Source: Longimicrobiales bacterium (GTDB taxonomy: Bacteria > Gemmatimonadota > Gemmatimonadetes > Longimicrobiales > Gaopeijiaceae). From it: a stretch of 64,000 nucleotides of DNA. Location: positions 1,792,001-1,856,000 of the forward strand of contig OZ220732.1 of the NCBI GenBank assembly GCA_965116905.1, read 5' to 3'. A program made the position numbers and the translations under genes. Each line of letters starts with the position of its first letter. The stretch's first letter is position 1. This document shows, piece by piece, positions 40,114 to 49,138 of this stretch. The notes below the pieces were generated by a model. That model was not told the DNA's origin and made no database searches. It worked only from the letters and a program-made list of their open reading frames with translations.

Positions 40114-41283
40114 CTACGGCAGCCGATACCGCTCCAGATACGCGAGGTCCACTTCGTCATAGGTGACGATATAGACATGCGCAAGGCCGAACCCCGCCAC
40201 GGTCCGGTCGCCCTCCAGGGTCAGCGCCCTGACCCGTTGTCCCGCGCGGTCGAACAGGTCGTAACGGGTACCGCTGTCCGCAGGCAGGTGCCGGCGAACC
40301 CAGGCCCGGCCGAGCGGGTCCACGCGCACCGCCGCGTTGTGAAAGGCCGGCTTCACGTCGTGCCAGGTGTAGTCGTCGTAGTCGACCTCTTCGTCGGGTG
40401 GCCCGAATCCGCCGCGCGAGAAGTTGGTGGTCCTGGTGCCGTCCTCGCGCACTTCCGAATCCATGGAAATCCCGCCGTGCCGTTGCGCGGCTCGCAGGTC
40501 CCCCGCCATATCGGCCCTGGTGACGGGCACGGGTGCGTACGGAATGGTGTCGCCGTAGGTCACGACACCGTTCGGCGCGACCCAGTTCACGCCATAGTGC
40601 GCGGCACGGGCAATGACGATCGATCCGTCCGGGGCCACGCCCCATGCGTCCTGGGGTGACAGTCGAATCGGAATGACGTAGGTGCCGTCGTCGGTTTCGG
40701 TGATCTCGTATTCGCGCAGCCTGTATCTGGCTACGGTGTCCACCGCCGCGGTAGTCAGACCCACCCGCAGAATCGCCCCGCTGTCCGGTGGCGGATAGCC
40801 TCCCAGCACGGATACGAAGGCGTCGCCCTCCGCGTCGACGGCGTCGGGCAGAACCATGACCGGCGCATCGTCCCCGGCGAAGGTCGCGATCGGGCGCATC
40901 GCGCCGAACACGAGATCCGGCCCGATGCGCACCAGGCGTGCATTGCCCAGGTCCACGAGGAGAATGGAGTCGCCCTGGAACGGCCAGACGGCGTCCGGCT
41001 GCAGGTATTCGCCCGGCCCCTGACCCAGACCACCGGCCACGTTGCGCGTACCCTTGTCCATGTCGACGCGGTAGAGGGCCTTCCCCAACGGGTCGGGCAC
41101 AAGAACATGACCGTCCGGAAGTTCGACGACGGTGTGCACATAGCCGAAGTCGCCGGGAAACACCGCGTCGGGTCCACCGAGCGGTTCGGGCTGTGGGTAG
41201 TCGTCCGTGCCTCCGCCTCGAGCGTCCGAATCGCCGCAGGCGGGCACGAAGAACGCCACGGCGACCGCCCACGCATGCCTCAT
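40114..41283 (-). CDS. Beta-propeller lipoprotein
   Basis: Lipobox VPAC, GQGPGEY, C-terminal DEVDLAYLERY. Confidence 0.75.
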   Translation of the reverse strand: MRHAWAVAVAFFVPACGDSDARGGGTDDYPQPEPLGGPDAVFPGDFGYVHTVVELPDGHVLVPDPLGKALYRVDMDKGTRNVAGGLGQGPGEYLQPDAVWPFQGDSILLVDLGNARLVRIGPDLVFGAMRPIATFAGDDAPVMVLPDAVDAEGDAFVSVLGGYPPPDSGAILRVGLTTAAVDTVARYRLREYEITETDDGTYVIPIRLSPQDAWGVAPDGSIVIARAAHYGVNWVAPNGVVTYGDTIPYAPVPVTRADMAGDLRAAQRHGGISMDSEVREDGTRTTNFSRGGFGPPDEEVDYDDYTWHDVKPAFHNAAVRVDPLGRAWVRRHLPADSGTRYDLFDRAGQRVRALTLEGDRTVAGFGLAHVYIVTYDEVDLAYLERYRLP

Positions 41284-41374
41284 TCCACGGCACTCCCTGT
41301 TAGAGTTAGACCGTTGCTTCCGCATGTCCGCGGTGATTGTCCATATCCACCATTACGCGGAGCATACCGGCTCG

Positions 41375-42511
41375 GTGTCGCGCAAAGGCCAGGACAACCG
41401 AATCTCCGACGGAGGACCGGTTCCGACCCGTCCTCCCGATCCCATCCGCCACGCGGAGCGGCTGGATCCCTCCATCTTCGCCTTCCCGGTGGAGAAGATG
41501 CGGAGCGGCTACTACTCCGACAAATACTTCGTACGGGCGCGTGAGATGCTGCTCGCCCAGGGTCGTGGGCCCTCGGTCACCATGCAGGTGTTTCAGAAGC
41601 ACGACGCCGTGGTCGCGGGCACCGACGAGGCGATCGCCATCCTGAAGCTCTGCCTCACGGAAGGCTACGACTTCGGCGAGCTGGAGGTCCGAGCGCTGCG
41701 CGACGGGGATCGTGCGCGCCCCTGGGAGACGGTCCTGCTGGTCACCGGCCCATACCCCGCGTTCGCGCACCTGGAGACCCTGTACGCGGGAGTGCTGGCC
41801 CGCCGGACCCGCATCGCGACCAACACCCGCGCGGTGGTGGAGGCGGCCTGGCCCAAGCCCGTCATGTTCTTTCCGGCGCGCCACGACCACTGGATGGTGC
41901 AGACCGGCGACGGCTGGGCTGCGCACATCGCCGGGGCCATCGGGGTGTCGACCGACGCGCAGGCCTCTTGGTGGGGGTCGTCCGGGGTGGGAACGGTGCC
42001 GCACGGACTGATCGCGGCCCACGGCGGTGACACGGTGGCCGCTACGAAGGGGCTTGCCGCGCAGCTTTCGGACGACGTGCAAATCGTGTCGCTCGTGGAC
42101 TTCGACAACGACAGCGTGCGCACGTCGCTGGCGGTCGCGAGCGCGCTGGGCGAGCGCCTCTGGGGGGTCCGGCTCGACACATCCGGCACCATGGTGGACC
42201 GGGCCATGATCGGCGAGATGGGCGACTTCGACCCGCGCGGGGTCAACCGCCACCTCGTCCACAAAGTCCGCGACGCGCTCGACGGGGAGGGCTTCCACCG
42301 CGTGAAGATCGTCGTTTCGGGAGGGTTCGCCGCCTCCAAGATCCGCGCCTTCGAGGAGGCCGGCGTGCCTGCCGATGCCTACGGCGTGGGGTCCGTGCTC
42401 ATGCGCGGTTCCTTCGACTACACGGCCGATATCGTGCTCGTCGAGGGTGAGCCGGTGGCCAAGGCCGGCCGCTGGCATCGGCCGAACGACAGGCTTGAGC
42501 TGGTGACATGA
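41375..42511 (+). CDS. pncB: Nicotinate phosphoribosyltransferase (type II PRTase)
   Basis: YSDKYF, GTVPHGLI, GVRLDT, IVVSGG, YGVGS; coupled to a nicotinamidase gene; start approximate. Confidence 0.8.
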   Translation: MSRKGQDNRISDGGPVPTRPPDPIRHAERLDPSIFAFPVEKMRSGYYSDKYFVRAREMLLAQGRGPSVTMQVFQKHDAVVAGTDEAIAILKLCLTEGYDFGELEVRALRDGDRARPWETVLLVTGPYPAFAHLETLYAGVLARRTRIATNTRAVVEAAWPKPVMFFPARHDHWMVQTGDGWAAHIAGAIGVSTDAQASWWGSSGVGTVPHGLIAAHGGDTVAATKGLAAQLSDDVQIVSLVDFDNDSVRTSLAVASALGERLWGVRLDTSGTMVDRAMIGEMGDFDPRGVNRHLVHKVRDALDGEGFHRVKIVVSGGFAASKIRAFEEAGVPADAYGVGSVLMRGSFDYTADIVLVEGEPVAKAGRWHRPNDRLELVT

Positions 42512-43233
42512 GTGGGGGACAGAGAGCGACCCGGACCGCGCGGGTGGGCTGGATCGTCGATGTGCAGGCGGACTTCATGGACCCGGCAGGCCGGCTCTAT
42601 GTCCGCGACCTCTTCGACGACTCCGATCCGGGCGCCGCAACCGTCATTCCCGCGCTGGAAGCCGCCACGGCCTGGATGCGGAAGCACTGCGACGTGCTTG
42701 TCTACACGGGCGACTGGCACGGCCTCGAAGACCCCGAAATCGACGCCGTCGCCCCGGATCCCGCCCGGGACACCTACCCTCCGCACTGCATGGGGCGCTC
42801 ACCGGACCCGGACGAACGCGCCGGCGCGGAGGTGATCGCGGAGATCCGCCCGGTCGATCCCGTCGTGCTAGCACACGATGCTAGCACCGATGCCGCGCAG
42901 GCGGCCGCGCGGCGCGCCGTTGCGGAGCGGCGGCCGGTGTTCGTGCAGAAGACGCGCTTCAACGTCTTCGAAGGGAACCCGGGCTGCGAGGCGTTCGTGA
43001 AGTCGCTGGTCGAGGCGCTGGGCCGTCCGGCCGAGTTCGTGGTGATCGGCGTGGCGCGCGACGTGTGCATGACCCAGGCCGTGGACGGTCTTCTGGCGCG
43101 CGGTTACGACGTCACGGCGGTTCGGGACACGACGTGGGGGCTGGGACTCGAACCCGAAGAGGTCACGCTGGCGCGCTGGGCGGAGCGGGGCAGGGTGGTG
43201 ACACTGGCGGAGCTGGAGGCGGCCGGCTTGTGA
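42508..43233 (+). CDS. pncA: Nicotinamidase (isochorismatase family)
   Basis: VDVQADF, DWH, PPHC, catalytic K and GVARDVC. Confidence 0.8.
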   Translation: MSGGQRATRTARVGWIVDVQADFMDPAGRLYVRDLFDDSDPGAATVIPALEAATAWMRKHCDVLVYTGDWHGLEDPEIDAVAPDPARDTYPPHCMGRSPDPDERAGAEVIAEIRPVDPVVLAHDASTDAAQAAARRAVAERRPVFVQKTRFNVFEGNPGCEAFVKSLVEALGRPAEFVVIGVARDVCMTQAVDGLLARGYDVTAVRDTTWGLGLEPEEVTLARWAERGRVVTLAELEAAGL

Positions 43234-43246
43234 CGGCGCGGTCCCG

Positions 43247-44722
43247 CTACCGGTACCGCACCCCCTCCTTGAACACCATGTCCACGTCGCGCAGCGCCCA
43301 TATGTCTTCCAGGGGGTTGCCGTCGACGACGATCACGTCGGCGAGCTTCCCGGCCTCGATGGTGCCGAACCGGTCTTCCATGCCCAGCAGTTCCGCTCCC
43401 CTGCGGGTGGCCGAGACGATCGCCTCCATCGGCGTCATCCCGAGTTCGATGAAGATCTCGAGTTCGCGCACGTGGTTCCCGCTCTCGTGGAAGTTGAGGC
43501 GGGTGCCCTTGTCGGTTCCCATGGCGATCGGCGCCCCCGCGGCGATCAGCTTGGCAAGATTCAGGCGTCCCAACTCGTAGCCGGCCCGTTGCTTCTCGAG
43601 CGCGTCCGGGTCGCGCGCGAGGTCTCGGGCCACCCATTCGCGGCCCTCCTGGACCATGTCGGCCGGGGCGTGGCGGATGTACCGCGGATCCTCCAGGCGG
43701 CTCGGGTCCTCGAAGTAGGTCACGTAGACTTCGCGCACGACCATGAGGGACACCGAGTAGACGTTCTGGTCCACGAAGCGCTGCACCAGTTCGTCCGAAA
43801 ACTCGCCCTGCGGCCCCACTTCCTCCTCGGCCACGAGGGTGGGGTGTTCCATGGCGTCCACGCCCGCGTCCAGCACCGCGACGACGCTCTCGACCGACGA
43901 CGTGTGGGTCGTGACCCGCAGTCCGCGCGCGTGCGCCTCGTCCACGATCTCGGTGAGGGCCTCGGTGGAGAGTACCGGCGGCTCGTTGTCGGGTCCGCTG
44001 TGGGCCGAAACCTTGATGAAGTCGACGCCGCGCTCGGCGTAGTCCGCCACGATCTCCCTGCCGTGGGCGCCGTCGCGCACCGGGAGCCTCATCGCGGCCC
44101 GCGCGTATTCCACACCCTCGGGCGGGATGCCGGCGAAGACCGAATCGGTGGGATCGTCGAACATCCGGTAGACGCCCGGGTAGTTCAGGATCGTTCCCGA
44201 GGTGAACAGGCGCGAGCCCGCGATCAGGCCGCTCTCGACATCCTCGCGCAGGCGGATCATCTCCTCGAGCGGGTCCATGGTGTCCCGGGAAGTGGTGATC
44301 CCCTGCATGAGGCTCGCATTCAGGTTGCGCGCCCCGATCTCGTAGTAGTCGCGGTAGCGTCCCGCGAAGTACGCGGGGTGATTGGACTGTCCGTCGAAGA
44401 TGATGTGGCTGTTCCCCTCGATCATCCCGGGCATGACGGTCTTGCCGGCCACGTCGATCACCGTGGCCCCTGCCGGAACGGTCACGCTCCCGGCGCTCCC
44501 GGCCGCGACGATCCGGCCGCCACCGATCACCACCACCGCGTCGCCGACCGCCTCGGCCCCCGTGCCGTCGATCAGGCGGCCGCCCACGAGAGCGGTCACG
44601 TCGTCGCCCGCCCCGGGGGGCATGCAGGCGGCGATCAGCCCGATGGCCGGCGTCAGGAGGCCACGGATGAAAGTGCGGTTGCACGCGGCTCTCTCAGCCA
44701 CTGCCGCGGTTCGTTTGGTCAT
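43247..44722 (-). CDS. Amidohydrolase family lipoprotein
   Basis: LIDGTG, PGMIEGNSH, DFIK, H, EH, GTD, GTIEAGKLAD. Confidence 0.88.
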   Translation of the reverse strand: MTKRTAAVAERAACNRTFIRGLLTPAIGLIAACMPPGAGDDVTALVGGRLIDGTGAEAVGDAVVVIGGGRIVAAGSAGSVTVPAGATVIDVAGKTVMPGMIEGNSHIIFDGQSNHPAYFAGRYRDYYEIGARNLNASLMQGITTSRDTMDPLEEMIRLREDVESGLIAGSRLFTSGTILNYPGVYRMFDDPTDSVFAGIPPEGVEYARAAMRLPVRDGAHGREIVADYAERGVDFIKVSAHSGPDNEPPVLSTEALTEIVDEAHARGLRVTTHTSSVESVVAVLDAGVDAMEHPTLVAEEEVGPQGEFSDELVQRFVDQNVYSVSLMVVREVYVTYFEDPSRLEDPRYIRHAPADMVQEGREWVARDLARDPDALEKQRAGYELGRLNLAKLIAAGAPIAMGTDKGTRLNFHESGNHVRELEIFIELGMTPMEAIVSATRRGAELLGMEDRFGTIEAGKLADVIVVDGNPLEDIWALRDVDMVFKEGVRYR

Positions 44723-44741
44723 GACGTCGCTCCGGATCGGG

Positions 44742-46856
44742 TCATGGTCGCCCCGCCTGCCCCGGCGCCAGATACCTGGCGAACCAGCGGACGATCCACT
44801 GAAGGCGCTCGAGGCGGTGCAGGGGCTGGCCGGACCTCGGAAGGCCGTGCCCCTCGTCGGGGAAGCGGACGAAGAGGGAGGGCACTCCTTCACGGGCCAG
44901 TGCCCGGTACATCTCCTCTCCCTGGCTGACCGGCACGCGGAAGTCGAGTTCGCTGTGCAGGACCAGCGTCGGAGTCGTGATGCGGTCCGCATGGGCGATG
45001 GGCGACGACTCCCACAGTCTCATGGGGACCTCCCAGGGCGTCCCGTCGAGTTCGAGTTCGACCCAGGAAGGGATGTCGGCGGTTCCGAAGAAGCTGATCC
45101 AGTTGGAGATGCTCCGCTGCGTAACCGCGGCGGCAAAACGGTCGGTGTGCCCGATCACCCAGTTCGTCATAAGGCCGCCGTAGCTGCCCCCGGTAACACC
45201 CAGCCGCGCCGGATCTATCCATGCGTGCTCAGCGAGGGCCGCGTCCACCCCGGCCATGATGTCGTCGAATGCCTTGCCCACCAGGTCGCCGGTCACGGCG
45301 TGCTCGAATCGCTGACCGTAGCCGGTGCTGCCGCGTGGATTGGTGAAGAGGACCCCCCAGCCCTGGCCGGCAAGGATCTGGAACTCCAGGCTGAAGCCGG
45401 TGCCGTACATGCCGTAAGGGCCACCGTGGATCTCCAGGACCAGCGGATAACGGGCGCCCGTGCGCATTCCCGGCGGACGCATGATCCAACCCTGCACATC
45501 CCAGGCATCGGCCCCGCGGTACCAGAACGCTTCCGCATCTGCGAGTTGCCGCGACGCCCGCCACTCGTCGTTGAAGCCCGAGAGCGCGCGGCCCGCGGCA
45601 CCATCCAGGGCACCTTCGGTTGCGTCCAGCGCGTTACGGCCGGCCACGTACACCTCCGCCGGGGCGGTGGGCGTGGTCCACAGGTACGCCAGCGTGCCGT
45701 CGGAGCCGACGGCGAACTCGGCTGCCTGTCCCTTTCCGCCTACAATCGGGTCGTGCGTTCCGTCCAGGCCGAGCCGGTGGATCTCGATGTTCCCCTCGAC
45801 CTGGAACGAGACCGCCAGATCGCCCGCGGGGGTCCAGGCGAAGGCCGAGGGCGTGTGATCGATGTCGCCGGTCAGGTTCCGGGGCTCCCCGCCGTCGCCG
45901 TCCACCACCCGGATCTGGTGCTGGGAGCCATAGTCGTGCGGGTCGCTGTTTCCACGGAACGCGAGCCAGGCTCCGTCGGCCGACCAGCGCGGCGTGGCGT
46001 CCGTGCCGGGGCCCCCGGAGAAGCGTTCGGCCGAACCTCCATCCGCGGAGACGATCCAGATGTCGGTGTTCCGGTTGAAGTCGGGTTCGTGCGTGCGGTT
46101 GGAGACGAACGCGATCCGGTCGCCGGCCGGAGACCAGGCGGGCTCTGAATCTTCGAAGGGCCCGTGGGTGACCTGCAGGGGTTCTTCACCGTCCATGGAA
46201 ACAACGAAGACGTGAGGGTAGGACGACCCGAGGTAGGTCGTGCCGGCACGGTAGCGAAGACGGTCCGCCACGATAAGGTCGCCCGACTCGGACTTGATGG
46301 CCTCTCCCAGCAGTTGGTCGGCGGCCGCGGGCTCGCTCACCTCGGAGACCACCGCAAGGCGGCGTGAGTCGGGGGCCCAGGCCAGCGTCGAAATACCGGA
46401 TTCGAAGTCCGTGACCTGCCGGGCGTCTCCGCCTGCGGCCGGCCGAACCCAGAGCTGCTGCGACCCGCTCCGGGACGACCGAAACGCGAGCCACTGCCCG
46501 TCCGGCGACCACCTGGGCGACTGGTCGCGGTCGCCCCGCGTGAACGGGTTGATTTCGCCCGTGGCCAGGTCGGCTTCCCAGACAGCCCTGCGGTATGCGT
46601 TGGCTTCACGGTCGAGACGGTTGGTCACGAACGCGAGCCGCCTGCCTTCGGGATGAAAGTCCAGCTCGGCGACCTCCACGACTCGGAAGAGGTCATCGGG
46701 CGACACGTGGGCAGGCTCGGACCCCACGGCCGGGTCGGTGTTCTGGCCGGCCGGATCGCAGCCGGCCGCGATGGTGGCCAGACAGAGGCCGATCAGTGCT
46801 GCGCGGAACCTGGCGCATCCTGCGCGTGCGTCGAGGTCACCTGTACGCGCCCTCAT
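44742..46856 (-). CDS. S9 family peptidase (WD40/PD40 propeller + catalytic domain)
   Basis: WSPDG repeats, IHGGP, GGSYGG, DFRVP, EGH. Confidence 0.93.
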   Translation of the reverse strand: MRARTGDLDARAGCARFRAALIGLCLATIAAGCDPAGQNTDPAVGSEPAHVSPDDLFRVVEVAELDFHPEGRRLAFVTNRLDREANAYRRAVWEADLATGEINPFTRGDRDQSPRWSPDGQWLAFRSSRSGSQQLWVRPAAGGDARQVTDFESGISTLAWAPDSRRLAVVSEVSEPAAADQLLGEAIKSESGDLIVADRLRYRAGTTYLGSSYPHVFVVSMDGEEPLQVTHGPFEDSEPAWSPAGDRIAFVSNRTHEPDFNRNTDIWIVSADGGSAERFSGGPGTDATPRWSADGAWLAFRGNSDPHDYGSQHQIRVVDGDGGEPRNLTGDIDHTPSAFAWTPAGDLAVSFQVEGNIEIHRLGLDGTHDPIVGGKGQAAEFAVGSDGTLAYLWTTPTAPAEVYVAGRNALDATEGALDGAAGRALSGFNDEWRASRQLADAEAFWYRGADAWDVQGWIMRPPGMRTGARYPLVLEIHGGPYGMYGTGFSLEFQILAGQGWGVLFTNPRGSTGYGQRFEHAVTGDLVGKAFDDIMAGVDAALAEHAWIDPARLGVTGGSYGGLMTNWVIGHTDRFAAAVTQRSISNWISFFGTADIPSWVELELDGTPWEVPMRLWESSPIAHADRITTPTLVLHSELDFRVPVSQGEEMYRALAREGVPSLFVRFPDEGHGLPRSGQPLHRLERLQWIVRWFARYLAPGQAGRP

Positions 46857-49138
46857 GGTGCGCCTCCGCTGTCCGAAGCCGCCGCGGGCTCCACGCTCAG
46901 GTATCGGTCCAGGTACTCGGCGATGCGGCGATAGTAGTCAGAGCGGGCGCGGGGCCCCCGTATTCCGTGGGCTTCGTCTGGATAGAAGATCCATTCGAAC
47001 GTGGTCCTTCCGTGCGCGAGCAGTTCGTTGACGAGTGCCGCCGCGTCGAGGTGCATGGTGTCCTGGATTCCGCTCAGGATAAGCATGGGGCGGACGAGGT
47101 TGGCGGCGTAGGTAATCGGGGAGGCGCGGCGCGTCCCTTGGGGGTTTTCCCAGGGAAAGCCGAAGTGCTCTTCGTTATACCCCGGCGCCAGGTAGAAAAA
47201 GCGCTCCCAGTCGGTGACCGGAGCACTGGACACCCCGGCCGCGAAGGTCTCCGGAGACCGCAGCAGGGCGCTGGCGACCATGAATCCGCCGTAGCTGTGG
47301 CCCCAGATGCCGATGCGGTCCATGTCGACATAGCCCAGGTTCCTCAGGTACTCGACCCCGCCGAGGACGTCGGCCACGTCCACGTCGCCGAGACGATTGA
47401 AGACGTCCATCCGGAACTTGCGGCCGTAGCCTGCGCTGCCGCGGAAGTCGATGTCCAGGACCACGTATCCTTCCTGCGCCAGGTAGCGGTTGAACGCGGT
47501 CTGGTCGAGGCGCATCCATCCCCGGAAGACGCTCTGCGCGTATCCCGCGCCGTGGACGAAGACCACGGCCGGGTACTCGCGGGCTGCGTCGAATCCGTGC
47601 GGTCGAAAGATCCTGCCCGTAACCGTGCTCCCATCATCGTGGCTGGGGAACCGGACGATCTCCGGTTCTCGTAGACGATATCCTTCCAGCCATGCGGGAA
47701 CGGCCAGTGCGGTAAGCTGGCGCGGCTCCCCGGAGTCGGTCTCCTGCACGTACAGTTCGGGCGGTGCCGTGTGGTTGCTGTGGAGGTACGCTACGTGGGA
47801 GCCGTCCGGCGAGGGGGTGGAAGAGAGGTTCACGCCCGGCAGCGGCGTGACGCGTCGCCACTCCCCACCGGCGGCCGGGACTTCGTACAGGTGCCGCTCC
47901 GGGGTCCCGGCTTCGTTCGAGGGGAACAGGATGGTGCGGCCGCCCCGCGACCACACCGGCGTGACCTCGAAACGGTCGTACACTTGGTTGCTGGTGACCG
48001 TAAAATCTCCCGACGTGACCTGCACCGGTCGGGGATCGTCGGCGCGGGCGTGGATCGTATAGACGTGATTCCAGTCGGTGCGCTCGGAGGTGAAGAGCAG
48101 GTGCCGGGAATCCGGCGACCACCCCACCCATATGGCGAGCGGCGAAATCCACGCGTCCACGTCCTCGCGCCAGATGGTGCGGATTTCGCCCGTCTCCGGC
48201 GACGCGATCCGGATTTCACGCGCCGTGTGGTCCAGAGATAGCCAGTTGATCGCGACCGCGTTGCCGTCCGGGGACCAATGCGCCTGGCTACCTCCCCGCA
48301 GGGAATACCGCTCGCCCTCGGGTGACCCCAGCCAGGTGGTCTCGCCGCCGTCTGCCGCGATTACGCCCAGCCGCACGCGCCCGTAGCCGATCAGCGTGAA
48401 CCTCACGCCGATGATGAGGCCCGAGAAGTCGGTGTGCCGGAAGCGGCGCTGTTCGTCGGTGGCCTGAGCAGTGTAGAGGATCTTCGTGCCGTCCGGCGAC
48501 CAGCGCGGCTGAAGGTTGTGCCATCCCTCGCCGTGGGAACTGGTGAGCTGCCGTATGCCGCCGTCCTTCAGGTCGAGGACCCAGAGTTCGCTCTCGCGGA
48601 TGTAGGCGAGCCTGCTCCCGTCCGGAGACAGCACCGGGTCCGGGCCGTTGAAGTACTGCTGGGGCGTGTAGCCGGGCGAGGTGGCACCGAAGTCTACCAG
48701 CGTGCGCGCGGCCCCGGTGTGGGGGTCGGCGGCGTGGATGTCGCCCCCGGCCATGTAGAGCAGCGTGCGTCCGTCGGGGGTCCAGGGCTCCGGCAGCAGG
48801 GTGCGCACCACCGCGTCAGCGGGCGAATCCGGCGTCGCCGACCGTGAAAGGGACAGCCGGCGGACGCTCCCGTCCACATCCGCGATGAAGATGGCGCTGG
48901 AGTTGGTTTCGCCCTCGCCGACCGTGAATGCGATTTGCCGCCCGTCCGGGGACCACTCCGGGGCGGACAGTTGACGGAGGGTCCACAGGTTGTCGGTCGT
49001 CAGCCGCGGTGCCTCCTGCCCGAGGGCTGGTGCCGCCGAGATGAGAATCCCGGCGGCCACACCCGCAACCAGACCACGGGACACACGTGCAATAGACAGT
49101 ATGACAGCTCCATACCGTGATCTCCGCACACGGTTCAT
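46853..49138 (-). CDS. S9 family peptidase (DPP IV-like)
   Basis: WSPDG repeats, VHGAGY, GHSYGG, QD, EAH. Confidence 0.92.
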   Translation of the reverse strand: MNRVRRSRYGAVILSIARVSRGLVAGVAAGILISAAPALGQEAPRLTTDNLWTLRQLSAPEWSPDGRQIAFTVGEGETNSSAIFIADVDGSVRRLSLSRSATPDSPADAVVRTLLPEPWTPDGRTLLYMAGGDIHAADPHTGAARTLVDFGATSPGYTPQQYFNGPDPVLSPDGSRLAYIRESELWVLDLKDGGIRQLTSSHGEGWHNLQPRWSPDGTKILYTAQATDEQRRFRHTDFSGLIIGVRFTLIGYGRVRLGVIAADGGETTWLGSPEGERYSLRGGSQAHWSPDGNAVAINWLSLDHTAREIRIASPETGEIRTIWREDVDAWISPLAIWVGWSPDSRHLLFTSERTDWNHVYTIHARADDPRPVQVTSGDFTVTSNQVYDRFEVTPVWSRGGRTILFPSNEAGTPERHLYEVPAAGGEWRRVTPLPGVNLSSTPSPDGSHVAYLHSNHTAPPELYVQETDSGEPRQLTALAVPAWLEGYRLREPEIVRFPSHDDGSTVTGRIFRPHGFDAAREYPAVVFVHGAGYAQSVFRGWMRLDQTAFNRYLAQEGYVVLDIDFRGSAGYGRKFRMDVFNRLGDVDVADVLGGVEYLRNLGYVDMDRIGIWGHSYGGFMVASALLRSPETFAAGVSSAPVTDWERFFYLAPGYNEEHFGFPWENPQGTRRASPITYAANLVRPMLILSGIQDTMHLDAAALVNELLAHGRTTFEWIFYPDEAHGIRGPRARSDYYRRIAEYLDRYLSVEPAAASDSGGAP